A stretch of DNA of 64,000 nucleotides from Thermoanaerobaculia bacterium (GCA_035629865.1 DASPHC010000055.1:70940-134939); one strand, 5' to 3'; counted from the stretch's first letter, positions 17,201 to 26,759 are shown. A program made the numbers and translations. Notes: a model not told the origin generated them from the sequence alone.

Positions 17201-18926
17201 GGCGGCATTGCCCGGCTATGATCCGCGGCTCATGCCTCATTACCTCCTGAGCTGGGGAGCTCCGAGCCACCGGCTGTTCGACATCACCATCCGTTTCACG
17301 GCTCCGGCCGACACACCGCGGCTGCTGCTGCCGGCGTGGCGGCCGGGGCGGTATCTGATCCAGAACTATGCGGCGAATGTGCGGGAGTGGTCCGCGGGCG
17401 ACGCGGCGGTCTGGAAGGACGGGCTGACCTCCTGGCGCGTCGATGCGCGGGCCGGGGAGGAGGTGACGTTCCGGTATCGCTATTACGCCGGGGTGCTGGA
17501 CGCGGGCTCGAGTTTTCTGGACGAGGGGGAGGCGTATTTCAACGGGTCGAATCTCTTCATGATGGTCGAGGGGCTGCGCGGGGAGGAGCATCTGCTGACG
17601 ATTGCCGCGCCGATGGACTGGTTGATCGAGACGCAGTTGCCGCGGGAGGACGGGCAGACGTTCCGCGCGCGCGATTTCGACCATCTCATCGACTCGCCCA
17701 CGATCGCTTCGGCGGCTCTGACGCGGCACTCGTTCCGGGAAGGGGACGCGCGGGTGCACCTCGTGTTTCAGGACGCCGGCGGGATCGACGCCGAGGGGTT
17801 CGTGGAGCCGGTGCGGGCGATCGTGAGGACGCAGGGGGAGTTGTTCGGCGGGCTGCCGTTCAGTGACTACCGTTTTCTCTATCACGTGCGCGACCGGTGG
17901 CATGGGGTGGAGCACGAGGATTCCTGCTCGGTCACGCTTCGCCGCGACGAGTTGCTGGGGGCGCGGCCGGGGAGCGACGGGTTCGACCGGTTTTTCTCGA
18001 TCACTGCGCACGAGTTTTTCCATGTCTGGATGGTGAAGCGGATCGTTCCGGCGGCGTTCACGCCGTACGACTACTGGCAGGCCACGCCGACGCGCCTGCT
18101 GTGGGTGATGGAAGGAGTCACGTCGTACTACGGCGAGAGGACGCTCGTGATGGGCGGGCTCTGGACGGTCGAGCGCTATCTGAAGCATCTCGCGACGGAG
18201 ATCCGGACGTTCGAGGGGCTGCCGGCGCGCGAGCATCTGTCGCTGGCGCAGGCGAGCTTCGACGGGTGGCTGAGCGATCCGGCGCAGATGCACGATTACG
18301 GTAATGCCTGGTTCTCGTTCTACAACAAGGGCGAGATCGTGGCGACGCTGCTCGACCTGACCATCCGCCGCGCGACCGAGGGGGCGCGATCGCTCGACGA
18401 CGTCATGCGCCTCCTGTGGGAGGAGTACGGCCAGAGCCGCCGCGGACTCGAGGAGGACGGCTTCGAGCGCGCGGTGTCGCGCGTCGCGGACGTGGGCGAC
18501 TTCTTCGTCCGCTATGTCGAGGGGACGGAGCCGCTGCCGTACGAGGAATTGTTCGCGGCGGCCGGTGTTGCATTCGCGTCCACGCCGCGCGATCCGGAAG
18601 CTTCAGCGCTCGGCGCGAGACTGAAGGCGGATGGCGGCAGGCTGGTGGTCGAAAGCGCCATCCGTGGCGGCGCAGCGATGGACGCCGGGTTGCTGCCGGG
18701 CGACGAGCTGCTGGCGCTCGGCGAGACGCGGACCGGCACCGAGGCGGCGCTGACCGCGGCGTTGCGCGCTTTGAGAATCGGCGAGTCGGTGGGAATGCTG
18801 ATCGCGCGGGCGGGTGTGATCCGGCGGCTGTCGCTGGAAGCCCGGCCCGATCCGCGGCCGGTGGTGTCGCTGCAGTTGACCGGACCGAATGAACTGCGGC
18901 GGGGATGGCTCAGGAGCGAGGAATGA
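17193..18926 (+). CDS. M61 family glycyl aminopeptidase-like zinc metallopeptidase with C-terminal PDZ domain
   Basis: HExxH motif HEFFHVWMVKRI; C-terminal PDZ-like GARLKADGGRLVVESAIRGGAAMDAGLLPGDELLALG. The start is uncertain: 17121, 17193 and 17232 are all possible, and the first lies inside the palindromic repeat. Confidence 0.7.
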   Translation: MRPAALPGYDPRLMPHYLLSWGAPSHRLFDITIRFTAPADTPRLLLPAWRPGRYLIQNYAANVREWSAGDAAVWKDGLTSWRVDARAGEEVTFRYRYYAGVLDAGSSFLDEGEAYFNGSNLFMMVEGLRGEEHLLTIAAPMDWLIETQLPREDGQTFRARDFDHLIDSPTIASAALTRHSFREGDARVHLVFQDAGGIDAEGFVEPVRAIVRTQGELFGGLPFSDYRFLYHVRDRWHGVEHEDSCSVTLRRDELLGARPGSDGFDRFFSITAHEFFHVWMVKRIVPAAFTPYDYWQATPTRLLWVMEGVTSYYGERTLVMGGLWTVERYLKHLATEIRTFEGLPAREHLSLAQASFDGWLSDPAQMHDYGNAWFSFYNKGEIVATLLDLTIRRATEGARSLDDVMRLLWEEYGQSRRGLEEDGFERAVSRVADVGDFFVRYVEGTEPLPYEELFAAAGVAFASTPRDPEASALGARLKADGGRLVVESAIRGGAAMDAGLLPGDELLALGETRTGTEAALTAALRALRIGESVGMLIARAGVIRRLSLEARPDPRPVVSLQLTGPNELRRGWLRSEE

Positions 18927-19390
18927 CAGAGACGCGAGCGGTCGAGATGACCGAGGACCGGATCCCGCTGGAAGGGATCGAAGAAACGATCGAAGAGCTG
19001 GTGGACCTCTTCGGCGGCAACATCACCGCCGAGCGCGATCGCGCCCGCGACTTCATCCTCCCGCTACGCCGCGGCATCGCCACCGGCGGTGGAGTGGAGT
19101 GCACCGTCTCCTGGGCACCCGCCGCCGAAGGCGACGGCACGGTGACCATGACCTGCAACCGCGACGTCGACGCCCCCAAAACCCAGCGCATCCTCCTCCT
19201 CGCCGCCGGTGTCATCGGCGCAGTGATGTTCATGCTCTGGCCCTTCTTCCCCCACGAAAAGGAGTACGGAACCCTGGCCTGGCTCGGCGGCGCAGTCGCC
19301 ATTGCCGTCTACCTCATGACCCTCCGAAAAACCAGCGGCGGCATCGCCCACGACTTCCTCCAGCGCCTGGCGACGCGACAACGCGCGTAA
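18923..19390 (+). CDS. Hypothetical membrane protein (155 aa), translationally coupled (ATGA overlap) to the M61 peptidase gene
   Basis: ORF with two predicted TM helices (ILLLAAGVIGAVMFMLW, LAWLGGAVAIAVYLM); no recognisable catalytic motifs. Confidence 0.4.
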   Translation: MTETRAVEMTEDRIPLEGIEETIEELVDLFGGNITAERDRARDFILPLRRGIATGGGVECTVSWAPAAEGDGTVTMTCNRDVDAPKTQRILLLAAGVIGAVMFMLWPFFPHEKEYGTLAWLGGAVAIAVYLMTLRKTSGGIAHDFLQRLATRQRA

Positions 19391-19700
19391 ACCCTTGGGG
19401 TCAAAGCTTCGCTCTTTCGCATTGCTGAGAAAATAGCGCGTAACGCTTGGGGTCAGAGCTTCGCTCTTTTGCATTCCCAGCTTATTTAGGGTCAGAGCTT
19501 TGTTCTTTCGCATTCCCGAGAAAATGAAAGCTCTGACCCCATTGGGGCCGGACGAGCCTGGGGCGGCAGAGCTTCGTTTTTCGCATTTCTGACGAAAAGC
19601 AACGCTCTGGCCTCCTTGTGTAAGGCCGGAACGGTTGTGGAGAAACGGACGGGCACTCGCTGCGGTGAGCAAAGCGACGCCGATTTACGCCGCCTCGTAC
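19385..19700. repeat. Array of at least four REP-like palindromes (GGGGTCAGAGCTT(C/T)G family) in alternating orientation (REPIN-like doublets), downstream of the RAYT pseudogene
   Basis: ggggtcaaagcttcgctctttcgc..., ggggtcagagcttcgctcttttgc..., gggtcagagctttgttctttcgcattcccgagaaaatgaaagctctgacccc, and others. Confidence 0.85.
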
Positions 19701-19774
19701 GGGCGGGGGCGATGAAGAAGGTTTTCTGCTTCGCGGCGAGACGTTAGGGAGGCCGATTCGTCAAATGGGAGATG

Positions 19775-20832
19775 TCACGCGCGAAAAACGGCTGTTGCGG
19801 CGTCGAGGTGAGCGAGTAGTCCACCGCTGCCGGAGAGCTCGCGCTCGAATCTTCGGATGAGCGTCGAGATGTAGCCTTCACTTCGAAGCCGGAGGCCGGC
19901 GGCGATGCCGCGCAGCGTGAGCAGGCCCTCATGCCAGCCGAGCCACGCCGCGAGCCTGCGAAGCGCTCCACCGTTTCTCGAGCGAAGCGTGTCGGGCGAG
20001 ACTTTCGCGACGTGCGCGACGGCTTCGACAACGGCGGCCATTTTCGGGCGGCCGACTGCTCGCTGCACGACCGGCGTGTCGGTCGAACGCGGTTTGGACT
20101 CAACGATCTCGCGCATGGCGCGGGTCCAGCTTTCCGTACCGAGGTAAATCGCATGGGTGACCTGGTCCCAAAGGCACTCTTCCGACCCGATCCTGGCGTC
20201 CACGAACGAACGATAGGAGGCATACCGGTCGGCTTCGCCGGTGCCAAAAATTGCGAGTGCGGCGGTGAGATCGAACCAGTCGGGAGCCTTCTCGAGTCCG
20301 GCTGTGGCGCGATAGCTCGACCAGCGATAGTTCTCCGGCCGCTCCACCATGTTCGCGCGTACCGGGTTGAGTACGACGTAGCGGAGCACCTCCGCGAAGT
20401 AGAACTCCTTCTCGACCAGGACATTGTGGAAGCGTCCCTGAAAGAGATGCCCCGACCGGCGATGAGCTTTGTTGAACCATGCAGCGTATTTCCCATTCAG
20501 CCATTGCATGCCACGCGAGAGATTCGGCTGCGGTGTCTGGACGACGAGATGGAAGTGATTGGACATCAGCACCCAGGCGGTAACGGACCAGCCGAACCGT
20601 TTTACCGCTTTGCCGAGAACGAGAGGAATGCCTCTCGATCCTTGTTCGAGCGGAAGATGTCTCGCTGCTCGTTGCCGCGGGAGGTGACGTGGTGAAGAGC
20701 GTCTGCGTGATCGATGCGAAGTTGGCGTGCCATAACGCCACCGAGGATCCCTCGGCGCTTTTCGCATTCCGAGGAGTTCTTCGACTCGTAGACGAATGAC
20801 CCGCAGAACTCCTCGGATTGGAAACGGATCAC
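19775..20832 (-). pseudogene. REP-associated tyrosine transposase (RAYT, IS200/IS605-like HuH Y1 transposase) with C-terminal DnaA-C-like HTH extension; frameshifted near 20605-20612
   Basis: The N-terminal part (RIDHADALHHVTSRGNEQRDIFRSNKDREAFL) lies in ORF 20602..20832. The HuH motif LMSNHFHLVV and the catalytic-Tyr region NPVRANMVERPENYRWSSY lie in the other frame (19775..20836). The C-terminal 150 aa resemble a DnaA C-terminal HTH. REP elements flank both sides. Confidence 0.7.
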
Positions 20833-20879
20833 GCACCCATGTCTACGAACGGTAGAACGGCGTTCGCCAGTTCCTCGTC

Positions 20880-21000
20880 GAAGGGGTCAAAGCTTCGCTC
20901 TTTCGTGAGCCGTAAGAAAGCCAAAGCTCTGACCCCATACATACGGGGGTCAGAGCTTCGTTTTTTCGTTGGCTGCCGAAGATCAAAGCTCTGACCCCAG
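20880..21000. repeat. REP-like palindrome doublet (same family) upstream of the RAYT pseudogene
   Basis: ggggtcaaagcttcgctctttcgtgagccgtaagaaagccaaagctctgacccc and ggggtcagagcttcgttttttcgttggctgccgaagatcaaagctctgacccc. Confidence 0.85.
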
Positions 21001-21044
21001 GTGCCGGGGCGCCGGCGTGACCGCCGGCGCCCGTTCTCGGGAAT

Positions 21045-22160
21045 CTAGTTCAGCTCCAGCGTCACTCTTCCGGCGACGCCCATCGGGTCGAGGCCGAGGA
21101 GGCGGGCGTCGAGGAAGAGGTCTTCGGGGCGGGTGGTGCCGAGGTGGGAGAGGGGGATCTCGAGGGAAAGGGACGTTGCGCCGCGGTCGAGGGTGCGGAC
21201 GGCCTCGCCCCAGGCCACGCCGTTGCGGGCGCCGTCGGCGAGGATGACGTCGAAACGGTACGTGCCGGCGATGGCGACGTCGGCGGGGAGGCTGACGCGG
21301 AGGACGTCACCAATCACTTCGGTCGTCACTTTGCCGAGCCGCGCGGAGCCGCGCTCGGCGACCAGCTCGCCCGAGCCGGTACGGAGGAAGCGGGCGCCTT
21401 TGGCGCTCTTTCCGTCCGCTTCGAAACGGATCTGCCACGCGCCGGCAGTCTGCTCCGGCAGGTCGGCCACGGTCGCCGAGTAGACGCCGGGGGCGACCTC
21501 AGCGAGCGGCACGGAGGCGAAGGCCTTGCCGTTCGGCGAGGCGAGGCGGGCGGTGACGGTGGCGCCTTCGATCGCCGTATCGCCGTCGCGCAGCTCGGCG
21601 TGCAGCGTCACCGGCTCACCCGGCTGGCGGGAAAGCGGCGCGGCCCAGGTCGCGAAAGTGACCGGGCTGTCCGGCTCGGCGGCGATCACCGTCACGCCGT
21701 CGATATCCTGCGGCAGGTCGAGCTCGAGCTGGTAGCTGGCCGCGGCCGTGCGCATGACGTGCAACACTTCCTGTGCACCCGGCGCGGTAACGCCGAGCTC
21801 CGAGGTCTCGGCCGGATCGAGCTGGAAACGGCGCAGTCCGCGCTCGACCGAGCCGCGCTCGTTCGGCTGCAGCACGGCCCCGGTCGGGGTGACGAGGCGC
21901 GCCGCGACGGACGACGTGCCGTTGCCGCGATGGGCGGGGATCGTCCAGATGATCATGCCGCTGTCGCCGGCGGCCGGGATCTCGACCTTCGCGTTAGCGG
22001 CAGTGCGGGGAATCGAGCGGGCGAACATCCGCGAGATGTTGGCCGGCGCGTGTGCGGCCGGTTCTTCGTACTTCGTCCCGGCGTCGAACCGGCCCGTCAC
22101 GTCACCGGCGAAAGCGGCCGGCGCGAGGGTGAGGAGCAGTGCCAATGCGTTCTTCTTCAT
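21045..22160 (-). CDS. Secreted hypothetical protein (signal peptide; Ala/Gly-rich beta-rich domains)
   Basis: N-terminal MKKNALALLLTLAPAAFAG signal peptide; no catalytic motif recognised. Confidence 0.5.
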   Translation of the reverse strand: MKKNALALLLTLAPAAFAGDVTGRFDAGTKYEEPAAHAPANISRMFARSIPRTAANAKVEIPAAGDSGMIIWTIPAHRGNGTSSVAARLVTPTGAVLQPNERGSVERGLRRFQLDPAETSELGVTAPGAQEVLHVMRTAAASYQLELDLPQDIDGVTVIAAEPDSPVTFATWAAPLSRQPGEPVTLHAELRDGDTAIEGATVTARLASPNGKAFASVPLAEVAPGVYSATVADLPEQTAGAWQIRFEADGKSAKGARFLRTGSGELVAERGSARLGKVTTEVIGDVLRVSLPADVAIAGTYRFDVILADGARNGVAWGEAVRTLDRGATSLSLEIPLSHLGTTRPEDLFLDARLLGLDPMGVAGRVTLELN

Positions 22161-22170
22161 GGTCGTCTCC

Positions 22171-22995
22171 TCAGAAGTCGGTCGCCAGCGAGTCGCCGAT
22201 CTTGCGATAGTCGTTGCGGCGGTTGTGGTGATGGTTGGCCAGGGTGGTGAACCAGACGACGCCGACGCCCTGGGCGCTGTACTGCGAGACCATCCCGTCG
22301 TCCTCGCCCGGCATGCCGGCGACGCCGGAAAGTGTCGCCAGGCCTGTATCCTCGGCGTGGATGAAGTCGTTCCAGAGGCCGGTCCCGGCGATGTTGTAGA
22401 CCGTCTTCGGAAGTGCGGGACGCCCGGAAGTACCCTTGAGGTAGTAGGTGTTGTAGTAGCTCATCGAGCTGGTGGTGCAGTTCTTCGTCGAGTCGTTGTT
22501 CTGCCCGACGAGGTCGACCAGCCAGCCGGTGAGCCACGAGCCGGAGAGCGTCCCGGCCAGGTTCGCCGCCTCGGAGCCCTTATTGGGAGGGGCGATGGAG
22601 TTCACCCAGCGGATGCGGTTGATGATCGGCTGATAGCGGGTGTCGTAGGTCGGGTTCGACATGATCCAACGGATGACCACGCCGCCGAACGAATGCGTCT
22701 CGATGACGATGTCGTCGATCGCGTTCGCGTTCATCCAGTTGTAGATCTGGCCGGCCACCGTGCCGCCCGCGACCCACATGTACTGCGTGCCGTCGTACGC
22801 GCAGATGAGGTAGGGGATGGTGAATCCCTTCGTCGTCGCCCGAATCATGTCCTCGCCCCAGTACGCCCGGGCGACGCTTTGCTGGGCGAGGTTCGAACCG
22901 CCCTTGCCGTGGATGAAAACGACGCCGGTCTTCGCGTAAGCCGACGTGGTGAGAAGTACGGCGATCGCCGCTGTGAGCAAGCCCCTTCGAATCAT
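22171..22995 (-). CDS. Secreted alpha/beta-hydrolase, lipase/esterase-like
   Basis: Signal peptide (LLTAAIAVLLTTSAYA), oxyanion region VVFIHGKGGS, nucleophile elbow THSFGG (GxSxG). Confidence 0.6.
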   Translation of the reverse strand: MIRRGLLTAAIAVLLTTSAYAKTGVVFIHGKGGSNLAQQSVARAYWGEDMIRATTKGFTIPYLICAYDGTQYMWVAGGTVAGQIYNWMNANAIDDIVIETHSFGGVVIRWIMSNPTYDTRYQPIINRIRWVNSIAPPNKGSEAANLAGTLSGSWLTGWLVDLVGQNNDSTKNCTTSSMSYYNTYYLKGTSGRPALPKTVYNIAGTGLWNDFIHAEDTGLATLSGVAGMPGEDDGMVSQYSAQGVGVVWFTTLANHHHNRRNDYRKIGDSLATDF

Positions 22996-23129
22996 TGCGT
23001 CCTGCCTCCTGATGGCGGAGCACTACTTCAACGAGGATGCCGCACGAGTTTTCAATGAGTTACGTGGTCAGAGGGTCCGCGATTGAACCTATTGACGGAT
23101 GAATGATGGTTCAATGTTGACCGGCGGGT

Positions 23130-25142
23130 CTATTTTTGGTCCGTGTCGCAGCTCGGGACGAAGTAAAGCCGGATGGATTTCCCTACCCGACGTCGCGACG
23201 AGTGATTTTTCAGCCAGGCGAGTGAGCCGTGGTGTTTCTCGATCCAGGACATTTCGCTGATCGCGATCCAGCCAGTGACGCAGCGTGCGGGGATCTTCTC
23301 GGCGTGAGGCAGGCGCTGTTTCCATCCGGTCGAGCCCCAGTAGTCGACGTAGAGCGGCGAGAGGTTTTCGGTTTCGGCAACGGCAGCGAGGCGGAGGAGA
23401 TCCTGCCCCCAGTCGAGATTGCTGTCGGCGGCGACGCGCTCGGGATGTCTGCCCGCGACTTCGTTGAACCAGGCGAGGTAATCGGGGTGGGCGAGCGTCG
23501 TTCCGGCGAAAAACCAGACCAGCAGAGCCGCGACCGTGACTCTCGCCGCCTTGCCTCGATGCCACAGCCAGACCACCGCGACCGCGGCGGCGAGGGCCAG
23601 GAAGGGATAGAGGGGGAGGATGTGCCGGACGCCGATGTTGATCCTGCTGGTCATCGCGACGGCGAGCATGGCCAGAGGGATGAGGGCAAGGGCGAGGTTC
23701 TCGGGAGTACTCCCGGTCTGTAGTTTCTTCGCGGTGCGAGTTGCTGGTTGCTGGTTGCCTGTGATTCCGGGTCTTGGCCGGGCCCCGAGCAGCAGGCCGC
23801 CCACCATCGCCAGCGCCAGGAACGCCAGCGGTGTCTTGTAGAAGAGGATGACCGGAAAGTAATACCACCAGCCGGTATTGCGGGACTCGCCGAAGAGGTA
23901 GGCGGGATGGCCGACGGCGGAGTGGCGGCGGACGTACTCGGCGCCGGCAATGTACGACGGAGCGAGGATCGGGATGTGGGTGGCGATCCACTGGAGGGAG
24001 GCCCGGAACGGCTCGGCGACTCGCTGGCTGAGCGTCGGTTTCGGGACCGGCGGCGCTCCGGCGAGCGTGTTTCCCTTGCGACCGGCGAGAGGCGATGGGT
24101 AACCGGCCGCTTTGGCCCAATCGACGAAGTCGATGCCGGCGATCCCGTGCTTTCGCTCTACCTCGCCGGCGAAGTCGTAGTAGCGGTCGAGCAGGTCGGG
24201 GCGTACCCACTCGTAGCCCGGCTCGCGCGCGTACCTGGCGGCGATGTGCTGGGGAGCTTCGCCGTCGAAGGTATCGAGGCGGACGCTGTTCAGCAAGCCG
24301 GTCTCGCCGCGGTAGGCGAGCCAGATCAAGAGGATAGCCACGATTCCGGCGGCCAGAAAACGAACGACGAAGGGGTCACACCTTCGTTCTTTGATGTCGG
24401 GGTCAGAGCTTCGCTCTTTCGCCCCGATGGGGTCAGAGCTTTGTTTTTCCGCCGGCGAGGAAAGAACGAAGGTGTGACCCCTTCGGAGCAGGAAGAGCGA
24501 AGCTCTGACCCCAAGGAGGACGAGGAAGCCGGCGCCGAAGAAGATCAGGAAGGAGAATTTGCCGAGGAGGCCGGCGCCGAGGGCGAGGCCGAAGAGGAGG
24601 GTGTGCTTCCAGTTGGGCTGCTCCAGCCAAAGGGCGAAGGTGAACAGTGCGGCGGCGGTGCCGGCGGCGGCCGCCATGTCGGTGGTGGTCAGGCCGGCGT
24701 GGGCAAGGACCGGCGGGAGTGCGCCGAAGAGGGCGGCGGCGATGACGCCCGCGAGATCGCCGGCCAGCCTGCGGGTCCAGAGGAAGACGATCGCCAGCGC
24801 CAGGAGGAAGAAGGGGAGGTTGCCGGCGCGGGCGGCGGTGAGGTTGCGGGGATACTCTTCGTTGCGCTCGAGAAGCTGGTTGCCTCGCGCGGCGCGGCTG
24901 AGGCTCCGGTCGATCTCCGCGCCATCGAGCCAGGCGTCGATGGCGAAAAATATCCGGGCCAGCGGCGGATGTTCGCGATCGAGCGTGTACCGCCCCTCAT
25001 CCAGCCATTGGAAGCCGGCGGCAACGTGAATCGGCTCGTCGATGGTCTGGCTGAAGAGCGTCCAGGTCGACGCAATCCGGATTACTGGCACCAGGACCAG
25101 GACCGCGAGCACGATCGCAAGCCGCCGCCTCGTCATCTGCAT
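23130..25142 (-). CDS. Polytopic membrane glycosyltransferase, GT39/PMT_2 (ArnT-like) family, carrying an in-frame insertion of REP elements in a loop
   Basis: About 12 TM helices. TM1 followed by a loop with the DE motif (TIDEPIHVAAGFQWL...EHPPLARIFF). Start chosen at MQMTRRRLAIVLAVLV. Positions 24355-24525 (REP family) translate in-frame as ...SSPAEKQSSDPIGAKERSSDPDIKERRCDP... Confidence 0.5.
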   Translation of the reverse strand: MQMTRRRLAIVLAVLVLVPVIRIASTWTLFSQTIDEPIHVAAGFQWLDEGRYTLDREHPPLARIFFAIDAWLDGAEIDRSLSRAARGNQLLERNEEYPRNLTAARAGNLPFFLLALAIVFLWTRRLAGDLAGVIAAALFGALPPVLAHAGLTTTDMAAAAGTAAALFTFALWLEQPNWKHTLLFGLALGAGLLGKFSFLIFFGAGFLVLLGVRASLFLLRRGHTFVLSSPAEKQSSDPIGAKERSSDPDIKERRCDPFVVRFLAAGIVAILLIWLAYRGETGLLNSVRLDTFDGEAPQHIAARYAREPGYEWVRPDLLDRYYDFAGEVERKHGIAGIDFVDWAKAAGYPSPLAGRKGNTLAGAPPVPKPTLSQRVAEPFRASLQWIATHIPILAPSYIAGAEYVRRHSAVGHPAYLFGESRNTGWWYYFPVILFYKTPLAFLALAMVGGLLLGARPRPGITGNQQPATRTAKKLQTGSTPENLALALIPLAMLAVAMTSRINIGVRHILPLYPFLALAAAVAVVWLWHRGKAARVTVAALLVWFFAGTTLAHPDYLAWFNEVAGRHPERVAADSNLDWGQDLLRLAAVAETENLSPLYVDYWGSTGWKQRLPHAEKIPARCVTGWIAISEMSWIEKHHGSLAWLKNHSSRRRVGKSIRLYFVPSCDTDQK
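24355..24525. repeat. REP-like palindromes embedded in-frame inside the GT39-like gene
   Basis: ggggtcacaccttcgttctttg...ggggtcagagcttcgctctttcgcc...ggggtcagagctttgtttttcc...cgaaggtgtgacccc...agcgaagctctgacccc. Confidence 0.8.
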
Positions 25143-26749
25143 TCCGGAATGGAGTAGAGCCGCAGGGAGGCGCCGATCCGGCGCACCGGCTGGTGCGCGT
25201 CGAGCCATGCATACGCCTGCGGCTCCTCGGCAATCTTCTTCATCTCGCTCAGCACCACCCAGCCGGTCACACACTGGCCGAGCGGCAGCGGCCGGGCGTG
25301 CGGGATGTGCACGCCCGGATCGGCCCAGCCGAAATACGCAAGATGGATCGGGGCGAGGCGCTCCCGTTCGACCACGCCGGCGAGCCGGTAAAGGTCCTGT
25401 CCCCAGTCGAGGTTGCTGTCGGAGGCGATCCGCTCCGGATGCCTGCCGGCCATCTCATTGAAATAGCTAAGGTAATCGGGATGGGCGAGGGCCGTGGCGA
25501 CGAAGAGCCAGCCCGCCAGCGTCACCGAGAGCACCTGTCCGGTACGGCTGCCTTTCCACCCCCAGACCACTGCCACGGCCGCTGCCATCGCCAGGAGCGG
25601 ATAGATCGGGAGCAGGTGCCGGACGCCGATGTTGATCCGGCTCGTCATCGCCATGCCCAGCATCGCCACGGGGATGAGAGCCAGATCCCAACGTCCCAGC
25701 CGCGCGAGTATCACCATCCCCGTCCCGGCGAGCAGCAGGAAGGCGATCGGCGTCTTGAAGAAGAGGATGACCGGAAAGTAATACCACCAGCCCCCCTGCC
25801 GAATCTCGCCGAAGAGGAAGGCCCGGTGATCTCCGCCGGAGTGGTCCGCCAGATACTGCAACCCGCTGAAGTAGCCTGTTACGTTGAACTTATAGAGAGC
25901 GATGACCATCAGGACGGTGGCCGTAGCAGCGACGCCGAGCTGGATGGGGTCACACCTTCGTTCTTTCATCGTGATGGGGTCAGAGCTTCGTTTTTCTGTT
26001 TTGGCGAAAAAAGCAAAGCTCTGACCCCGGCGCGACCGCGAAGAACGAAGGTCTGACCCCAAATCGACCGAAGAACGAAGGTCTGACCCCAAGTCGCCCC
26101 CGGGCGAAGAACGAAGGTGTGACCCCAGGAGAACGAGTGCCCCGACGCCAAAGTAGGCGATGAACGAGAATTTCGACGCCATCCCGACCGTGAGCGCAAG
26201 GCTGAGGACGGCGGCCCGGCTCCACCGCGGCTCGTCGAGCCAGCGGGAGAAGGCGTAGAGCGCGGCTGCGACGGTCGCGGTGGCGGCCATGTCCGTCGTC
26301 GCCAGGCCGGCATGGGCGAGGGTGGGGGGGAGGGCGCCGAAGAGGGCGACGGCGAGAAGGGCCGTGCCGGTCCCGGCCACCCAGCGGGTCCAGAGGAAAA
26401 CGATCGCCATCGCCAGGAGGAACCAGGGGAGGTTCGCCACTCTGGCTGCTGTTACGTTGCGGACGACGTGGGCGTCGCGGTAGACGATCGGCGCGCCCTG
26501 CTGGACCGGCGCGAGGGCCGGGTCGAGCCGCGTTCCCGCCAGCCAGGCATCGAGCGCGAAGCCGATGCGCGCGAGCGGCGGGTGCTCCGGGTCGACGCGA
26601 TACGAGTCCTGCGTCAGCCACTCCAGGCCGGCGGCGATGTGATACGGCTCGTCGGCGGTCAGGCTGAAGACGGGATAGGTCGCCGCAATGCGCGCGATCG
26701 CGACCAGGGTCAGGATCGCGAGCAGTGCGGCGACACGTCCACGGGACAT
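25133..26749 (-). CDS. Paralogous GT39/PMT_2-like membrane glycosyltransferase, also with in-frame REP insertions at the equivalent loop
   Basis: The N-terminus MSRGRVAALLAILTLVAIARIAATYPVFSLTADEPYHIAAGLEWL...EHPPLARIGF parallels the downstream paralogue. Positions 25960-26135 translate in-frame as ...DLRSSRSRRGQSFAFFAKTEKRSSDPITMKERRCDP... The gene overlaps the next by 10 bp. Confidence 0.5.
   Translation of the reverse strand: MSRGRVAALLAILTLVAIARIAATYPVFSLTADEPYHIAAGLEWLTQDSYRVDPEHPPLARIGFALDAWLAGTRLDPALAPVQQGAPIVYRDAHVVRNVTAARVANLPWFLLAMAIVFLWTRWVAGTGTALLAVALFGALPPTLAHAGLATTDMAATATVAAALYAFSRWLDEPRWSRAAVLSLALTVGMASKFSFIAYFGVGALVLLGSHLRSSPGGDLGSDLRSSVDLGSDLRSSRSRRGQSFAFFAKTEKRSSDPITMKERRCDPIQLGVAATATVLMVIALYKFNVTGYFSGLQYLADHSGGDHRAFLFGEIRQGGWWYYFPVILFFKTPIAFLLLAGTGMVILARLGRWDLALIPVAMLGMAMTSRINIGVRHLLPIYPLLAMAAAVAVVWGWKGSRTGQVLSVTLAGWLFVATALAHPDYLSYFNEMAGRHPERIASDSNLDWGQDLYRLAGVVERERLAPIHLAYFGWADPGVHIPHARPLPLGQCVTGWVVLSEMKKIAEEPQAYAWLDAHQPVRRIGASLRLYSIPECR
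25960..26135. repeat. REP-like palindromes (4-5 copies) embedded in-frame inside the second GT39-like gene
   Basis: ggggtcacaccttcg..., ggggtcagagcttcgtttttctg...caaagctctgacccc, cgaaggtctgacccc x2, cgaaggtgtgacccc. Confidence 0.8.
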
Positions 26750-26759
26750 CGCCAGCGGA

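Noticed and set aside
20602-20836. Treating 20602..20832 and 19775..20836 as two separate genes
   Set aside because: Together they reconstitute one RAYT transposase (the N-terminal motif block in one frame, HuH/Tyr motifs in the other). They are therefore called as a single frameshifted gene.
5320-26135. REP clusters (5320-5460, 19385-19700, 20880-21000, 24355-24525, 25960-26135) considered as a CRISPR array
   Set aside because: Repeats are imperfect palindromes in mixed orientations, with irregular spacing and no uniform spacer length. A RAYT gene, not cas genes, is adjacent. This is REP/REPIN behaviour, not CRISPR.
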